DNA of 64,000 nt from Heterostelium pallidum (Eukaryota), in the NCBI RefSeq assembly GCF_000004825.1, contig NW_008805103.1:119941-183940 (forward strand). The letters are read 5' to 3'. The notes under the pieces were generated by a model. That model was not told the origin of the DNA and did no database searches. It saw only the letters and a program-made list of their open reading frames with translations. Position numbers and translations under genes: made by a program. Shown in pieces: positions 25,893 to 39,004 of this stretch. Every line of letters starts with the position of its first letter. Positions within the stretch are counted from its first letter, which is position 1.

Positions 25893-27728
25893 TTAATCCT
25901 TTCTGATTGCAATAGCGATGGCAACAATAAATGATACAATAGAAACTACACCAATTACTGAGGCAGTAATAATGAATGCAACTGTGTGGTGACGATCATA
26001 ATGATTGTCATCACTGCTGTAGTTTGGAGCTGGATAATAGTCGATTGACATGCAAGTTGTTGATCCACTATTTTGTTCGATAGTTGGGTAGCTGGAATCA
26101 CATTCATAACCATTATAATCATAATAGTTGGCCATATCCAAGACATATTTTGGGAATCCTGGGTATTGCGAATATGAACTATAATTTATAAAGTTAAAAT
26201 TAATAATTAATAATTATTTTTTTTACAAATTATTATTACTTACTATGGGTTTGAAGATGTTGAATTGATAAAGGTACCACCAACTAAAGTGAGTCTTTGT
26301 TTGTAGAAATAGATATCAGCTGCACCATATGCAACATTGTTTTGGAAAATCGATCCAGTTAGGTAATGATATCCTTGAGTTGAAAGATACTAAAAGATTG
26401 TTTATGTTTGTTTAATTAGTATTTTTAAATTTCAATCCTATTTAAAAATTAATCGATATTTACCAATGTACCAGTATCTGAGGCAACGTTGTTTGTAAAG
26501 TTATTGTTGGTGAAAAAATAGCTGTAGTAGGAGTTATAGCTTGAAGTAGAATACTTTAAAAAAGAAGTCAAAAATGTTAATAAGTTTAAAAGATTCTGTT
26601 TTTTTTTTTTGTTATCTAACTTACAATAGCAGATCCATATTGACCGATATTGTTATCAAAAACATTGGAATCAAAGTTAATAGAATAAGAATTAACATTA
26701 AAACAACTTCCATATTTAGCAATGTTGTTTGTGAATTTGCTTGATTGGACAATAACTGAGCCACTACTAGCAGATGCATAGATGAAATTTGATTCAGCTA
26801 TGTTTCCATCAAAGAGAGAGTTGTAGATATTGAAATTGGTTCCACTAAAACTGATACCATAATTACCAGTAGAACTATTTGAATAGGTAATGGTTGAGTT
26901 ATTAATTGATAGACTGGTGGAATAGATTCTCATTACAGAAGCTTTATAATGGAGTGAGATTGAATAAAAAATTAATAATTACAATTCAATAGGTTTAACT
27001 TATTAAAATTAAATAATACCTACCGGAAGAGTAATATCCAGTTGATTTGGAGTTGGTAATGGTACAACCGTTCAATATTAAACTGATAGAATTAAGGGTG
27101 ATTGAACCGGCTTCATATGCTCCATATTTTGGAATTGAATGAGCATTGTTGATCAGAACATTGTTCAAAGTTAATAGGTTGTTATTTGGGTATGAATAGG
27201 ATGTCGTTTGAATATAAATTAAACTTCCACGATTCTCAGCGGTTTCAGTGGCTTCAATGACAATATTTGAAATATTAATTGTGAAAACGAATGAAGTTTG
27301 CAATCTCAAGAATGATGTTCGACCCTAAAATAATAGATCATAGAAAAAAATCAATATTTTTTTTTTAATACATTTTTCGTTAAGAGAATAAATAATTATT
27401 TGATTTTAAATATTTTTAAACTTACTGGACAGAAAAATGTTGGAGTTGATGATTGACCTTCTGGCTGAATATCGATATGTAAATTGAAATTAAGTGTATG
27501 AGTTTCAGTTTGATTGCAATAGTGATCACCATCTGGGACAGTAATGACGATATTGGCATATGATTTCGCATACTCTTGGATACAAGCGACAATCGATGGA
27601 CAAGCACCGTTTTGACATTGTGTTAAACTGTTTGATAATGAACAAGTTGTTGTACTTGCGGGGTTTCTTGCACTCGATAGTACTACAACCAATGCCAAGA
27701 TTGATAGAATCAATCTAATATTTAACAT
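25893..27728 (-). CDS. Secreted/membrane parallel beta-helix repeat protein, copy B (near-identical paralog of copy A)
   Basis: ORFs at 27396–27728, 26995–27309, 26616–26933 and 25893–26141 are about 95% identical to the copy A exons. Intron positions are the same. Confidence 0.65.
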
Positions 27729-28314
27729 TATTATTTTTCTTTAAAATCTGAGTTTTTAATTAATTATTTTTTTTTCTGTTTGCTTCTGATCAGTTTTATT
27801 TAATTCCCAATTTTTTTTCTTCCCAACTAATTACAAAAAAAATTAAATTAAAATTAAATTGTTTTCAAAAAAACTCGATCAAATTAAATTTATTTTGTTT
27901 GCAAGTCTCAAACTTCAGGGAACCTGATCTTTGATCTTTGAGAGTGCAAGGTATCACTCTTGTCAAAACAAAAAAAAAAAATTCAAAAAGTCATTGTTTT
28001 GGAGAAAGCACAACAAAAAGAAAAAAAAAAGCCAGCAACGCAGTTTGCTCTAAAATAAGCTTTAGAATTATGCGTGTAACCTTTAATTTTCAAGAGTTTT
28101 TTTGAAACAATTACACAAATGCTGCAAAGAATATAATCAAATTAAATGATTACTTGTGGTTAACTGTAAGTTCAATTTGGTTGTTTAAATCCATTAAATT
28201 GTAATAATTGAATCTTACATATTATATGAATTGTAATGGAAACTCTTTAAATTTGGAGTAATATATTTGAATATTTATTTTATTTTATTTTTTGTTGATG
28301 ATCTTTTGAACTTT

Positions 28315-31300
28315 TTATTTTTGTGGATGGTAGTTCAAGAAATAAAGGTTACCATTGCTATCACCAGTGCAGATTCTATGTTCTCTGCAATCCATTGAGA
28401 TGATTGGTGAGTTGTGAATGAATTCATTCTCGACGAATCCAGATTCCGATTTTGAAACATTCCAAACAATGAGACTACGATCCTTTGAGGCACTGACCAA
28501 GTGGTTGTTGTCGATGTATTTGAGTCCGGTGATGGCACCGGTCTGCTTGGTGAAAACCGATGTGAAGAGTTGACTCTTCATGTCGAGCAACTGAATGTCA
28601 CCACTGAAACAACCGATTGCCAGTGTATTGAAGTCGGGTGAGAAGGCGAGCGAAGTGACATATTTGACGTCGAAGGGAATTGGCAAAACGGTTGTGAATG
28701 AGCTGGTCTTTGAGGTTGCTGCCATCTTTTGATCGATGAGGTAGATGCTGTTTTGACGACCGGCAACCACGACGAAATCAGGTGACAAAGCGATACACTC
28801 GATCCAATCGTTGACTTGGGTGAGAGTGGCACCGGCTCCCTTGTACCAAGCGTAGACACGACGATCCCATCCGACCGAGAAGAACATGTCGTCTACCTCG
28901 AGAGCAACCAACGCGGTGATTTGAGATTGATGAACGTAGTCGACAACGGTTGCATTCGCTTCAGCGGCGGCACTGCTAATGTTTTCGTAGATGACAACTC
29001 CACCGGTTTGATTACCGACAACCAACTTACCGGTGTTTGTGAATACAACAGCAGTTGGGATTTCCGCCAATTGGATGGTCTTGGTGTTGACACCGGATCT
29101 GACATCCCAGATCTTGAGAGTTTTATCCTCAGAGATGGTGGCGAGCAACTTACCGTCTTGAGAGTAGGCACACGAGGAGATCGATGTTTGATGTGCACTC
29201 GAGAGTGAGGTTTGATCGCTAAACTCCCAGATCTTGACGGTGGCGTCATCTGAGGTGGAGGCAATTGTCTTTTTGAAGGCGGTAGAGGATGACGATGATG
29301 AGAACGATCCAAATCCAGAGGTTTCAGCTTGTGGCATGAATTGAGCTTGTTTGACACTACTTGAATGTCCGGTAAGTGTTGCCACACATTGTCCGGCAAT
29401 TGGATTCCAACATTTGATTTCACCGTCGTCGGAGCATGAGAAGATCGATTGTTTGCCATTGCTAATGACATCGCTGATACGCGATTGATGAGAGAGCGAT
29501 GTGATTTCCGAACCAACCTCTGGATCCCAAACTTTAATTGTACCGTCGAATGAACAAGTTATAATATAACGAGAGTCTGGGGTGAAGAAACCTCTTTCCA
29601 CTGAACCGGTGTGACCTTTCAGTGTACGAAGTTCTTTCTTGCTGTTCATCGACCAAATCTTGACGTTGAAATCCCAACCACCAGAGATAAGACGTTTCGA
29701 ATCCGGTGAGAAAGTGACAAAGTTGATCCAATCAGTGTGTCCTGTCATCTTGCAAATCATTTTGTATCCAGAGGTGTAGTAGATGGTTATGGAGCAATCA
29801 CGAGATACCGTTGCAATGTAAGCACCGTTCGGTGAGAATACCGCTTGCTTGACAGTGTTGGTGTTGTTCGAGAGAGTGGCAACCAGCTTGCCGAAGCTCC
29901 AAACCTTGCATGAAAAGTCGTCGGATGCTGTGATCAACAAGCCCGGGGTGGTTGGCGAGAACTGAACGGAATTGATCGTTTCGATGTGTGCATTCGGGAT
30001 TTCGTATTCCAACTTGCCAGTGTCGATGTTGGCGACACGCACAGTACGATCCTCGGAAGTCGAAGCTACAAACTTGCCGTCGTTGGAGAAGGAGACACTG
30101 AGAATAGCTCTGGTATGTCCGGCTATTTCACGGAGCAGTTTGATACCAGTGGATTTTCCACTCGGTGGTGAAACCGAGTAGATTCTAACGACACAATCCG
30201 AACAACCTGCAGCCATAGTATCGGCGTTTGGCGAGTATGCCAAGCAATTGGCCCAACCCTCTTGGAATTTCAAGCTGTCCAATTGAGCACCTAGAGTCGG
30301 TGTCCAAATCTTCATTGTAGAGTCATCGGATGAAGTGACAAAGTGCGATCCATCCTGTGAGAACGAACAGTAGTTGACGGATTTGTTGTGTTTTCCGATG
30401 ATGGAAACGAGTTTGCTTGCTTGGATATCAAAGAGGAGAACAGAGGAATCCATAGCGGTGGCAATGATTTGTTTGGAGTTTGGTGAGAACTCACAGCACT
30501 TGAGCGATCCACGAACTGTTGCAGAGACATCGATCGTTTGGAGTAGACGTTTGTTGTAGAGAGAGTCTGATGGATTCCAAACACGCACTGTTCCGTCCCA
30601 TGAGCAAGAAACGAGTTGTCCACCTTCCTTTGACCAGGCGATATGGTTCACTGGCTTGGTGTGTCCTCTGAGAGTACGGAAGATAGAACGATCATGTACA
30701 TTCCAAACGATGATAGTTGAATCCCAACCTGCTGTAGCAATGTATTGTGAGTCGGTTGAGAAACGAGCACAGTTAACAGCACGACTGTGTCCGTTGAAAC
30801 GATGGACAACGGCACCAATCACCACATCCCAGAGAATGACACTGTTGTCCCAGGAGGTCGATACCAAGAGTTTACTGTCACCAGAGAAGGACAGTGAGGA
30901 AACCCAGTTGGTGTGAGACTCGAGTGTGCAGAGTTCTGCCATGTTGGTGGTGTTGTAGATGTGGATGATGCAGTCACGTGCAGCCACGGCCATGAGCGCG
31001 CCATTTGGCGAATAGGCAACTGCGGTTGTACCCTCTGGATAGCCTGCCAGCGTTTGCTTGCAGCTGTCTCTTGTCTCTGGTTTGTTGGTCCATTCAATCC
31101 AAGACTGACGGTAGCCAGCTGCCAGTTGTCTGGCGACCTTCGATGGATAGGAGTTCGACGGTTGATTGGCAGCCTGCTGATAGATCAAGTGTGGAGATCT
31201 CGAAAGGATATGCGAACAACTGGAGATCAAACGATAGAAATCACGAAGATTATCATTGATTTGCTTGGCTTTCTGTTTGGCAGAGGAGAGCGAAGATGTC

Positions 31301-34300
31301 ACTGTCTTTTCTTGAAGATCATCTCCGAGAGCATCGATGTAATCGCCAATCAAATGGTATGTCAATCCCAATTCACATTTACGCTTGATAAACTCGAGAT
31401 TACAAAGAACGTTTTCCAATTGATTGAAATTCTTTGCCTTGGCGAGATGATATGGCAACTCGGTGATCGACTTGGCGTCACCTTGGTATGTGTTGGACTT
31501 GTCTGGATCGGCACGAATCAAGTAGTGATTTGCCAACATCGTATGGACACGAGAGTTGGCATCGGAGAGAGTCAAGTAACGCTTCTGAACGGCAAGTGTC
31601 ATTTGGTGGTGGAAAAAGTCGAAAGTTCCATCTGGATTCTGGAGCAAGAATGGCAAGATTCCACGGAGTACACGTGACCAAATACCGATTGGGAGTTGCT
31701 GTTCGTTCAACTCCTTACGTGCGAGCAGAGTGATAAGATCGTCTTCCGACAGACCAACTCGCGAACAAGCGATTGCACCCAGTGCATTTTGTACCAAGAT
31801 CTTACCGTGGTCGGTTTCTAGACGGTTGAGAATATCGTCAAACAATCTTGGAAGAGTTGGCGAGAGTTGTCTGATCTTCTCGTTCAACTCCTCAAAGTTA
31901 CCGAATACACGTAGTTCCTCGCAGGCAAGAACCAAGTATAGTGGATGGACTGCATCGGTCTTGGAAAGCAATGTTCGCAGCTGGTTGTTGGCTGGCGAAT
32001 CGTCGAGACGCTTACGATAGTCGGCGAGCTTGGTTTGCACAAGGGTGGAGCTATCGCGTTGATCCATTGGGTCGAGAAGAACCTCGAGTGGTTGTGGCTT
32101 ACGACGACGAAGCACAGAGAGAGTGTGATCTCCCTCCATTGTACTCAAGACGATCTTTACTGGCGAGCTCAATGGAAGCCAGTCCAAACTGAGTGCAGAG
32201 TTCTTGGCGGCCAACTGGTCGATTCCATCGATGAACAGGAAAATCTTGGCACGAAGTGAAGCCTTCTTTAGGAGCACTGGGAAGTACATCTTCAACTGCT
32301 TGTAATCAGTTGGAATCGTTTCATTGATGTTCAGTTTGTGCACGATTTGATAGCAGATACGATGGATCAGCGCAGAGATGTCAGTGGACGAGGTTGTGGC
32401 ACCGACAAAGTGACTGAGAATCAGTGCTGGCAATGCATTCTTGAATTTCTGGTGATTGTCTTTACGGTGCTGGTTGTATTGCTGAATGAAATTGGCGAGC
32501 AACGCTGACTTACCGGAACCTGCACGACCACTGACAACCAAGATATTCGACTTGTTGGCCGAGACTGCCAGCTTGGAGACTTTGTTGGAGTTACCGAATG
32601 GTCTGAGGACATCGGCAAACTTGAAGAGACAATTGATGTCGTCCTTACGTCCAACGAAACGAGCAGCCTTCATCTCACTGTAGACTTCGTGTTCATGGTT
32701 CTCTGTTGCCATGATATCGATGGATTCGTCGGTTTCCATGTCGGCTGGATACTCTGCCTGGATGCTATGCCAGAGATCCTCCAGGATTCGCTGGTGGAGA
32801 GCATCCAAATTGGTAGCGGATGGACGTCCATCTACCAAACCACCATAGTTTGCAGAGTAAGTGTAGAACTGGCAATTGGTACGAATCTGTTGTTTGAGTT
32901 GTTCGAGTCGGTGAGCGGACTCCTTGTCTTCCGATTCGAATTGCGAACGATACTCCTTTGGCACCTCTGCGATAAGCGATGGCTCACGAATATAGAACAG
33001 CGATTTGCCAGAGGATTGCGAGTTGTTCATGGCGTGAACCATTTCCAGCTCGGTGATCGAACGATTCTTTGGATAGGTTTTCAACCAGTCGAACTTTGGC
33101 TCGTCGCTAGTCTTGTAGTGGGGTGGAATCCAACCGTAACGCTGTCCGAGCAGACCTACAAAGAATGGACTGCAACGATCTACCTCGCCAAGACACAGCT
33201 CGACGGAACGGTTCTTTAAGCTCTCCTCTTCGGTGATACCCCAACGCAGGTCGACTTCGGTGACATGGATCTTTCGCTTGGCGCAACGCTCCCTCAACTC
33301 TGGGAATACGTATTTCACGAGCATATCACGCTCACCATGCATATCCAAGAACGTGGATGAGATGAAAATTCTTACGTTCTTCCATGGACGTGCTTGAGTT
33401 CTTCCCAAGATTTTCTGGAGTTCTTGGTTCTGTGCCTTGAGATTGGCAGCAGCGGCCTGAGCGGAAGTGGCAGCTTGGGTAGTGGCGACAGAAGATGACA
33501 CTGCTTGCTTCAAGAGTGGCAGCTTCTTGATCTGGTCGATCTTCTCGATGTATTGGAGTTGTTGGTCGGCTCCACCACGCTCAGCAATGAACTTCAAGAT
33601 GGAATCACTGAAACCGGCAATGTGGACATTGTTTGGATGTTCGGCGTTGTTGTCGTGGACGGCACCACCACCCGACAAGTTGATATTGACGTACAACAAG
33701 TCTGGATTGATCTCCTGACGATACTTGGTGAGGATGTTACGCTTGTAGAGATCCATTTCCATGGAGACGGTGGTGTGATTCAACAAGACGACATTGTCAA
33801 CTCTCTTCTTATCGAGAATCATCTTGACAAAGTAGTCGGTTGGGAAGTACTTGTAGGTTTCCTCGACGTTGAAATGAGTGTCCACCAAACTCTTTACCGA
33901 CTGCATGTTGTCGAGGATCGAATCGGAAGCGACCGATTCCACCTTGTGGAGAACGAGACTGCTCGACTTGGAACCGACGAGAACCAACTCGCACTCCTCA
34001 GAGACAAACTTGCACATCAGTCCCAGAAGGATGGCCGACTCCAGTAGTGAATACTTTCCTGCTGTGTTGGACTTGCAGGTGTTGCTGCTGCCCTCACCGA
34101 CGTAGATGAAAACGTAGGTGGTTCCTCTGATTGGCTTGACGTTGTGAGTGGTAGCCAACTTGACAGAGGTGTCGAGCGCATCACGATACTGCTCGAACAA
34201 GTCCTTCGATGGATGATAGCCAATCTTTATAGATTTCTCAGCGGCCCACAGCTTCATCTGTTCGATATCCTTTGGGATCGAGTCGAACGCAGCGAGGAAA

Positions 34301-35688
34301 CGCAGTGGGAATTGCTTGGAGTGAGCAATGGTTTGTTCGTTGGTCAGCTTCTTGATGATCCATTGGTGATAGGTCGGTTGGACACCACAGATAATCATGT
34401 TACGAAGATTACGCAACATTGCCATGAACGGCAGTTTGTTGTGGTCGATCAACTCCTCCCAGGTGGCGGCACGATTACCCTTTTCAGAGAGGAGCGTCTC
34501 CCATGTTTCTGGAACCGGCAACTTCATACGTTTGTTGGCACGTTCCGGTTCGAATTCACCTGGCAGATTCAACTTTTTGAACTCCTCATAGGTAGCTGGA
34601 TACTTCTTACCCAAGATCGACATAACATGATTGTTTGGCTTGGAAATATGTAGAGCACGGATCAACTGTTTCAAAGAAGTTGTTTGATTGTCTTTGAATT
34701 CCTTTTCCAATCTCTCCTTTTCTTCTGGATTCTTCTTGATCAATTTCTAGAAAATATTATTAATATTTAATTAGTAAACAAATACAAATCAATAAGTTAT
34801 CTGTTTTTCTGAAAACATTGTACATACCTTTAACTTCTTTCTCTTTCTCTTGATCTTACTTTCAGTATTATATTTACCGAGTTGATAGGCATCGAAACTT
34901 GGGAACTTTTCAACCATTACATTTCTTAATGATTTTGGAATGGATGTTGAACTAGAAATTATGATGTTTACAAAACAAGTTTGTTTTTTGGTTAATATTT
35001 TGAGTATGGATTTTTAAAAGATTGATTTTATAACTTACTCTGTTAATTTTGAAACAATGTTTGGTAATTCTAACCAATCGGATGGAATCTTGATGGATTC
35101 GTTAAAGTAACGCTTCAAGTAGGGTTGACACGATGGAATGACCGATGCCAAACAGAGTAGATAGTTGGAGACGGTACGGATTCCAAGTTCGTCACGAGCA
35201 TACAAACCGAGTTTCAGAATGAATTCTGGATCGTACTGGGAGATCTCGTAGACCGAGGTGATGATTGCCTCGAGTGTCGGTGTCATCTGGTTGATACGCG
35301 GCTCCTTGATGAGCGACGCCGAGATGATGTTGACCAGCTTCAACTTGAGCTGTACCAAGTCGTTTGGATCCAACGGTTTCATTGGCATCGATTGTAGATC
35401 CTTAAAGAATTCCGATTGTTTCTTGGTGATAAACGATGATGATTCATTGTTGTCATATGTTTTTCTTTGGAAATTGTTACCGATACGATTTGCTGCGGAG
35501 CCACTTGAGGATTGCGAGTTGTTAGCCATACGAGCACCACGACCGCCACGCGATCCACCACGAACGCCACCACGACTCATACTTGTTGGTTGACGTTCAC
35601 CTTGTGCTGCGGTGGGAGCAGCAAAACCGCCACGAGCACCACCACGACTAAAACCTCCTCTGCCTCTAACAATAGCACCACGAACCAT
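28315..35688 (-). CDS. tep1: TEP1-like protein (telomerase-associated protein 1 / vault component): RGG-rich N-terminus, TROVE domain, DUF4062, NACHT P-loop NTPase, about 20 WD40 repeats; about 2401 aa; exons 35688..35039, 34951..34828, 34746..28315
   Basis: Exon 1 ends ...KLTE with donor ACAGA|GTAAGT, which reads as a stop in the ORF track. An 87-nt intron ends TTTCTAG. A 124-nt exon 2 follows, then an 81-nt GTATGT...TTTCTAG intron, then the 6.4-kb exon. All are in frame. TROVE motifs include LGLYARDELGIRTV and LPFMAMLRNLRNM. DUF4062 reads RIFISSTFLDMHGERDMLV. The Walker A is GRAGSGKSALL. After that, WD repeats with GH...WD signatures run to the C-terminus. Confidence 0.8.
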
Positions 35689-36236
35689 ATTGTTTTACTT
35701 TACAAAAAAAAAAACTAGACAAACACTTGATAATAATAAATTACACTGTTGAAAAAATAAAAAAAAAACTAAACTAAATCTTTAATTTAGTCTTTTTCTA
35801 TCTATCTATTCGATTTTATTGATTTAATTAAAGATTTTGATTAATTAAACAAATAAATAAAATAATAATAATCAAATATGTTATCTTATAAATAAAATAC
35901 AAATATTAAAAATGGAAAGTCAAGGATCGATCTTTAACTTTTTTTAAATTGTTGAAGTTTGGTGGAAAAAAAAAAAAAAAGTTAATTAAAAATTTTTTTG
36001 TTAAAAAGTGGGTTTCAATGAAAAAACTGAGAATCACAAATAGAAAATATCTAGAATTATTTTTGATTGACGAAGTTTTGATCCAAATTTTCTAAATTTA
36101 TAAAAAATTATTATTTATTTTCTTCAACTAGTTGGAATAAAGTTTTTTTTTTTAATTAAAATTTCAACAAATTTGGTTTTTTCGGATGAATATAGATATA
36201 TTTTAGATATATATATATATATATTATAATTTATTT

Positions 36237-37532
36237 TCAAATTAGGTAGTTTTTTTTTTGTTTTGTTGTTTTTTTTTTCTTTAAATCCGATGCATATGGG
36301 TCATAGATTGGAACATATGGAGCACCACAGACCAAAGTAGTAGAAGTAGTTACCGAGGTAATTGGGCTTTTTCTTAGATTATTCCAAAGTCCAATGGTCA
36401 TGAGCTTTTGACCGTCGACATTTGGATGGAAACAATCGATTGGTGACAAAGCAGTTGGTGGGAATACGGTATTAGTCAAAAATGGAAGATAGTTCAATCC
36501 AATGGTTGATGTCGATGGATCGGAATCAAAACTCCAATTGATAATGGAATTTCTAATACCAGTATTGGCAGCACTGATAACTTGATCTAGAACGGATGTG
36601 CTCTGGCTCCATAAACATGGACAAGTGTATTGTAATTGGTTATAGGTTGAACATGTAGATGGAGTTGTTGATTTAACTAGTATTTAATAAAAGAGTTGAG
36701 TGAAAGTATTAATGAGGAATTATGTTAGTTCACCATCCATTATTTACTAAATATTATTAGCGTTATGTTTTCCAATTTTCTGGAAAAAAACTTTACTTAC
36801 ATTGTGAAATTTTAGGCAATCCAACGAAATTAATAATGGTCTTTGAAGGGAACTTCTCCAATACATTATTTAAAATGTCAGTGAATAATGAAGCCCAATA
36901 AACGGAGTTGGTTTGTACACCAAAGTCTACAGTTCGGCAGATGGTACATGCTTTGAACAATCCAAGGTAGACGGTAACCATCTTCCATTCATTATCGAAA
37001 TAGGTTTGTCCATGCTTTCCGACTGCTTGGCTTACGACAAAGTTTAATGGTGAGGTAATTGGATTACCGGTGGTGTTGGTAGCTCCGTTGAATCCGTCGT
37101 ACAATGGATAGAAGGTGTTGACTGGACGAATTCCATTGAGTAAATTGGCAGATCCACCAGAGATAGAAGGGGCAGTTTGGGCTAAAAAGTTATTGAGTGT
37201 CCAGGCATCAGTTTCATTACCTGTAACAAAAGAAAATCCTCTATATTCATTTACAGAGCTTGAAGACAAGTCATTTGCCAAGAAACCAGCAGAAATAGTG
37301 TCACCAATAGAAAAAATCATTTTCATATCCTAAACGTTGGTATTTATTTGTTAATATCTACTTATTAAATTATATTTGATTGGAAATTAAAACTTACACT
37401 TAAATATGCATTTTCTGCTAGTGCTGGATCATTAATAGAGGAACCTGATGAACAAGAGGGAAGAACTGCATTGGTAACAACCAATAAGAGTGAATTAATA
37501 AATATCACAATAATAAATTTAGAGATATTCAT
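36237..37532 (-). CDS. Secreted SGNH/GDSL-family hydrolase (lipase/esterase-like); exons 37532..37398, 37329..36801, 36676..36237
   Basis: Signal peptide MNISKFIIVIFINSLLLVVTNA. A GDSL-like block SIGDTISAG sits near the start of the mature protein. Donors are GTAAGT (both) and acceptors are TTTAG/ACTAG. Frames were checked (phases 0, 1). Confidence 0.6.
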
Positions 37533-39004
37533 TTTATAGAATATGTGTGAACAATAGAGATATTTAAAGATATTTAAAAAATAAATATACTTGTGGGTAT
37601 TTATAAATATGAAGAGTTTGTTGAGAATTTGAAAATTGAAGGAGTATTTATATTTTCGTCAGGAAACATAATAAATGAGGAGAATGATTATTATCCTCAA
37701 AATTTTGTAGATTAAAGATCACATGATTCATAGAAGTAGTACAAATCATTGCTGTTTTAATAATTATGATTATTGGGTAAGTACATTCCCAATATTTCCA
37801 AATCTCAATAAACAGATTTAATTATTTATTTGAAAGAACAACATAAAAAGAATTTTTGGCCTACAACTTTCTATTTTTATTGTTAAAATTGATAGGTATA
37901 TTGATATTTAATATCGGTTGGTATTTCCACGAGAATGATTGGAGAAAGTTGGTAGTTGTAGGATCTTAAACCTGAAAGATCAATATTTTAAGTATATTAT
38001 AGTAAAATTAAAATTTGATGATTTTGATTTGGTTGAGAATCGATCTTTAGTATAGTATTTGAAATTTTTTATTATTTCACGTATGCTTTTTTTCAAGCAA
38101 ATCTACTTTTTTTCAATACAATATCAAGTTGTTAATAATATCCAGGTACCTATTCAACTATGATAGAAAGAAATTAACTACTACGTAGTCAAGTAATTCA
38201 AAGTTCAAGTCTTGCAAAGGGGTATCGATTTTAAAGTTAAAAATAATGACTACGTGTATATCTCCATTTTCTGATAATATAATATTAAAAGTTGTCTCCC
38301 TCAACTTAAAAGCCATCAAATTGGAGTAAATCATTTCGATCATGGATGTTGATATTTCAATTTTTTAAAAAAGTTTAAGGTGATGTATTAATGGGTTGTT
38401 TTTGTTGTCTTCTAGATTCACTAGGCTCGATTATGTTTTTACAACCAGTGGGTATCATATTCATACCCAAAACATCAAATCCAAAATTGAAAAAAAAAAA
38501 TTAAAACAGTTTGAAGTGCCCAATAATATTTTTGTGATCAGTCTTGACTTGATTGAAAAAAAAATAGATATTTATTCGATCGAACTAACTAATAACTACC
38601 ACTTTCCTATTTTGAAATGGTCTCTGATGAGGCAAAATAAACACACTCCACCTTTTCTGAACTTTGTGTTAAAAAATGTATATATATATTTATATTACTT
38701 TTTGTAAGGAATATTGTTTTTATCCAATTTTGTAATTGGATATTGCACTCCAATTTTATTTTATTTTTAAAAAAAAAAGAAGATATTGATTTCCTCAAAA
38801 AAATGAGACATCTAAAATATAATGGAAGACAAGAAACAGAGAAATTCATGAAAAACAATTAATACAAATTTTTGAAAAAATTGTTTATTTTTAACGAATC
38901 TAAAAAGTTTTTAGTGTTTGATGTTGGATATGCATGTTTTTTGTTCAAGATATAGATTAGATTAGATTGATTAGATTTTATATATATATATATATAGAAA
39001 AGAA

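Noticed and set aside
28335-34653. About 35 small ORFs (60–250 aa) on both strands overlapping the 6.4-kb TEP1 exon (e.g. 30913–31677 +, 32689–33219 +, 28893–29516 -)
   Set aside because: All are nested in or antisense to a continuous, strongly supported 2142-codon ORF. They are expected by chance in GC-richer coding DNA and have no start context or splice support.
35035-35688. Treating the 217-aa RGG-rich ORF as an independent gene
   Set aside because: Its stop codon coincides with a consensus GTAAGT donor. Splicing through two short introns joins it in frame to the TEP1-like ORF, and it supplies the otherwise missing N-terminal half of the TROVE domain.
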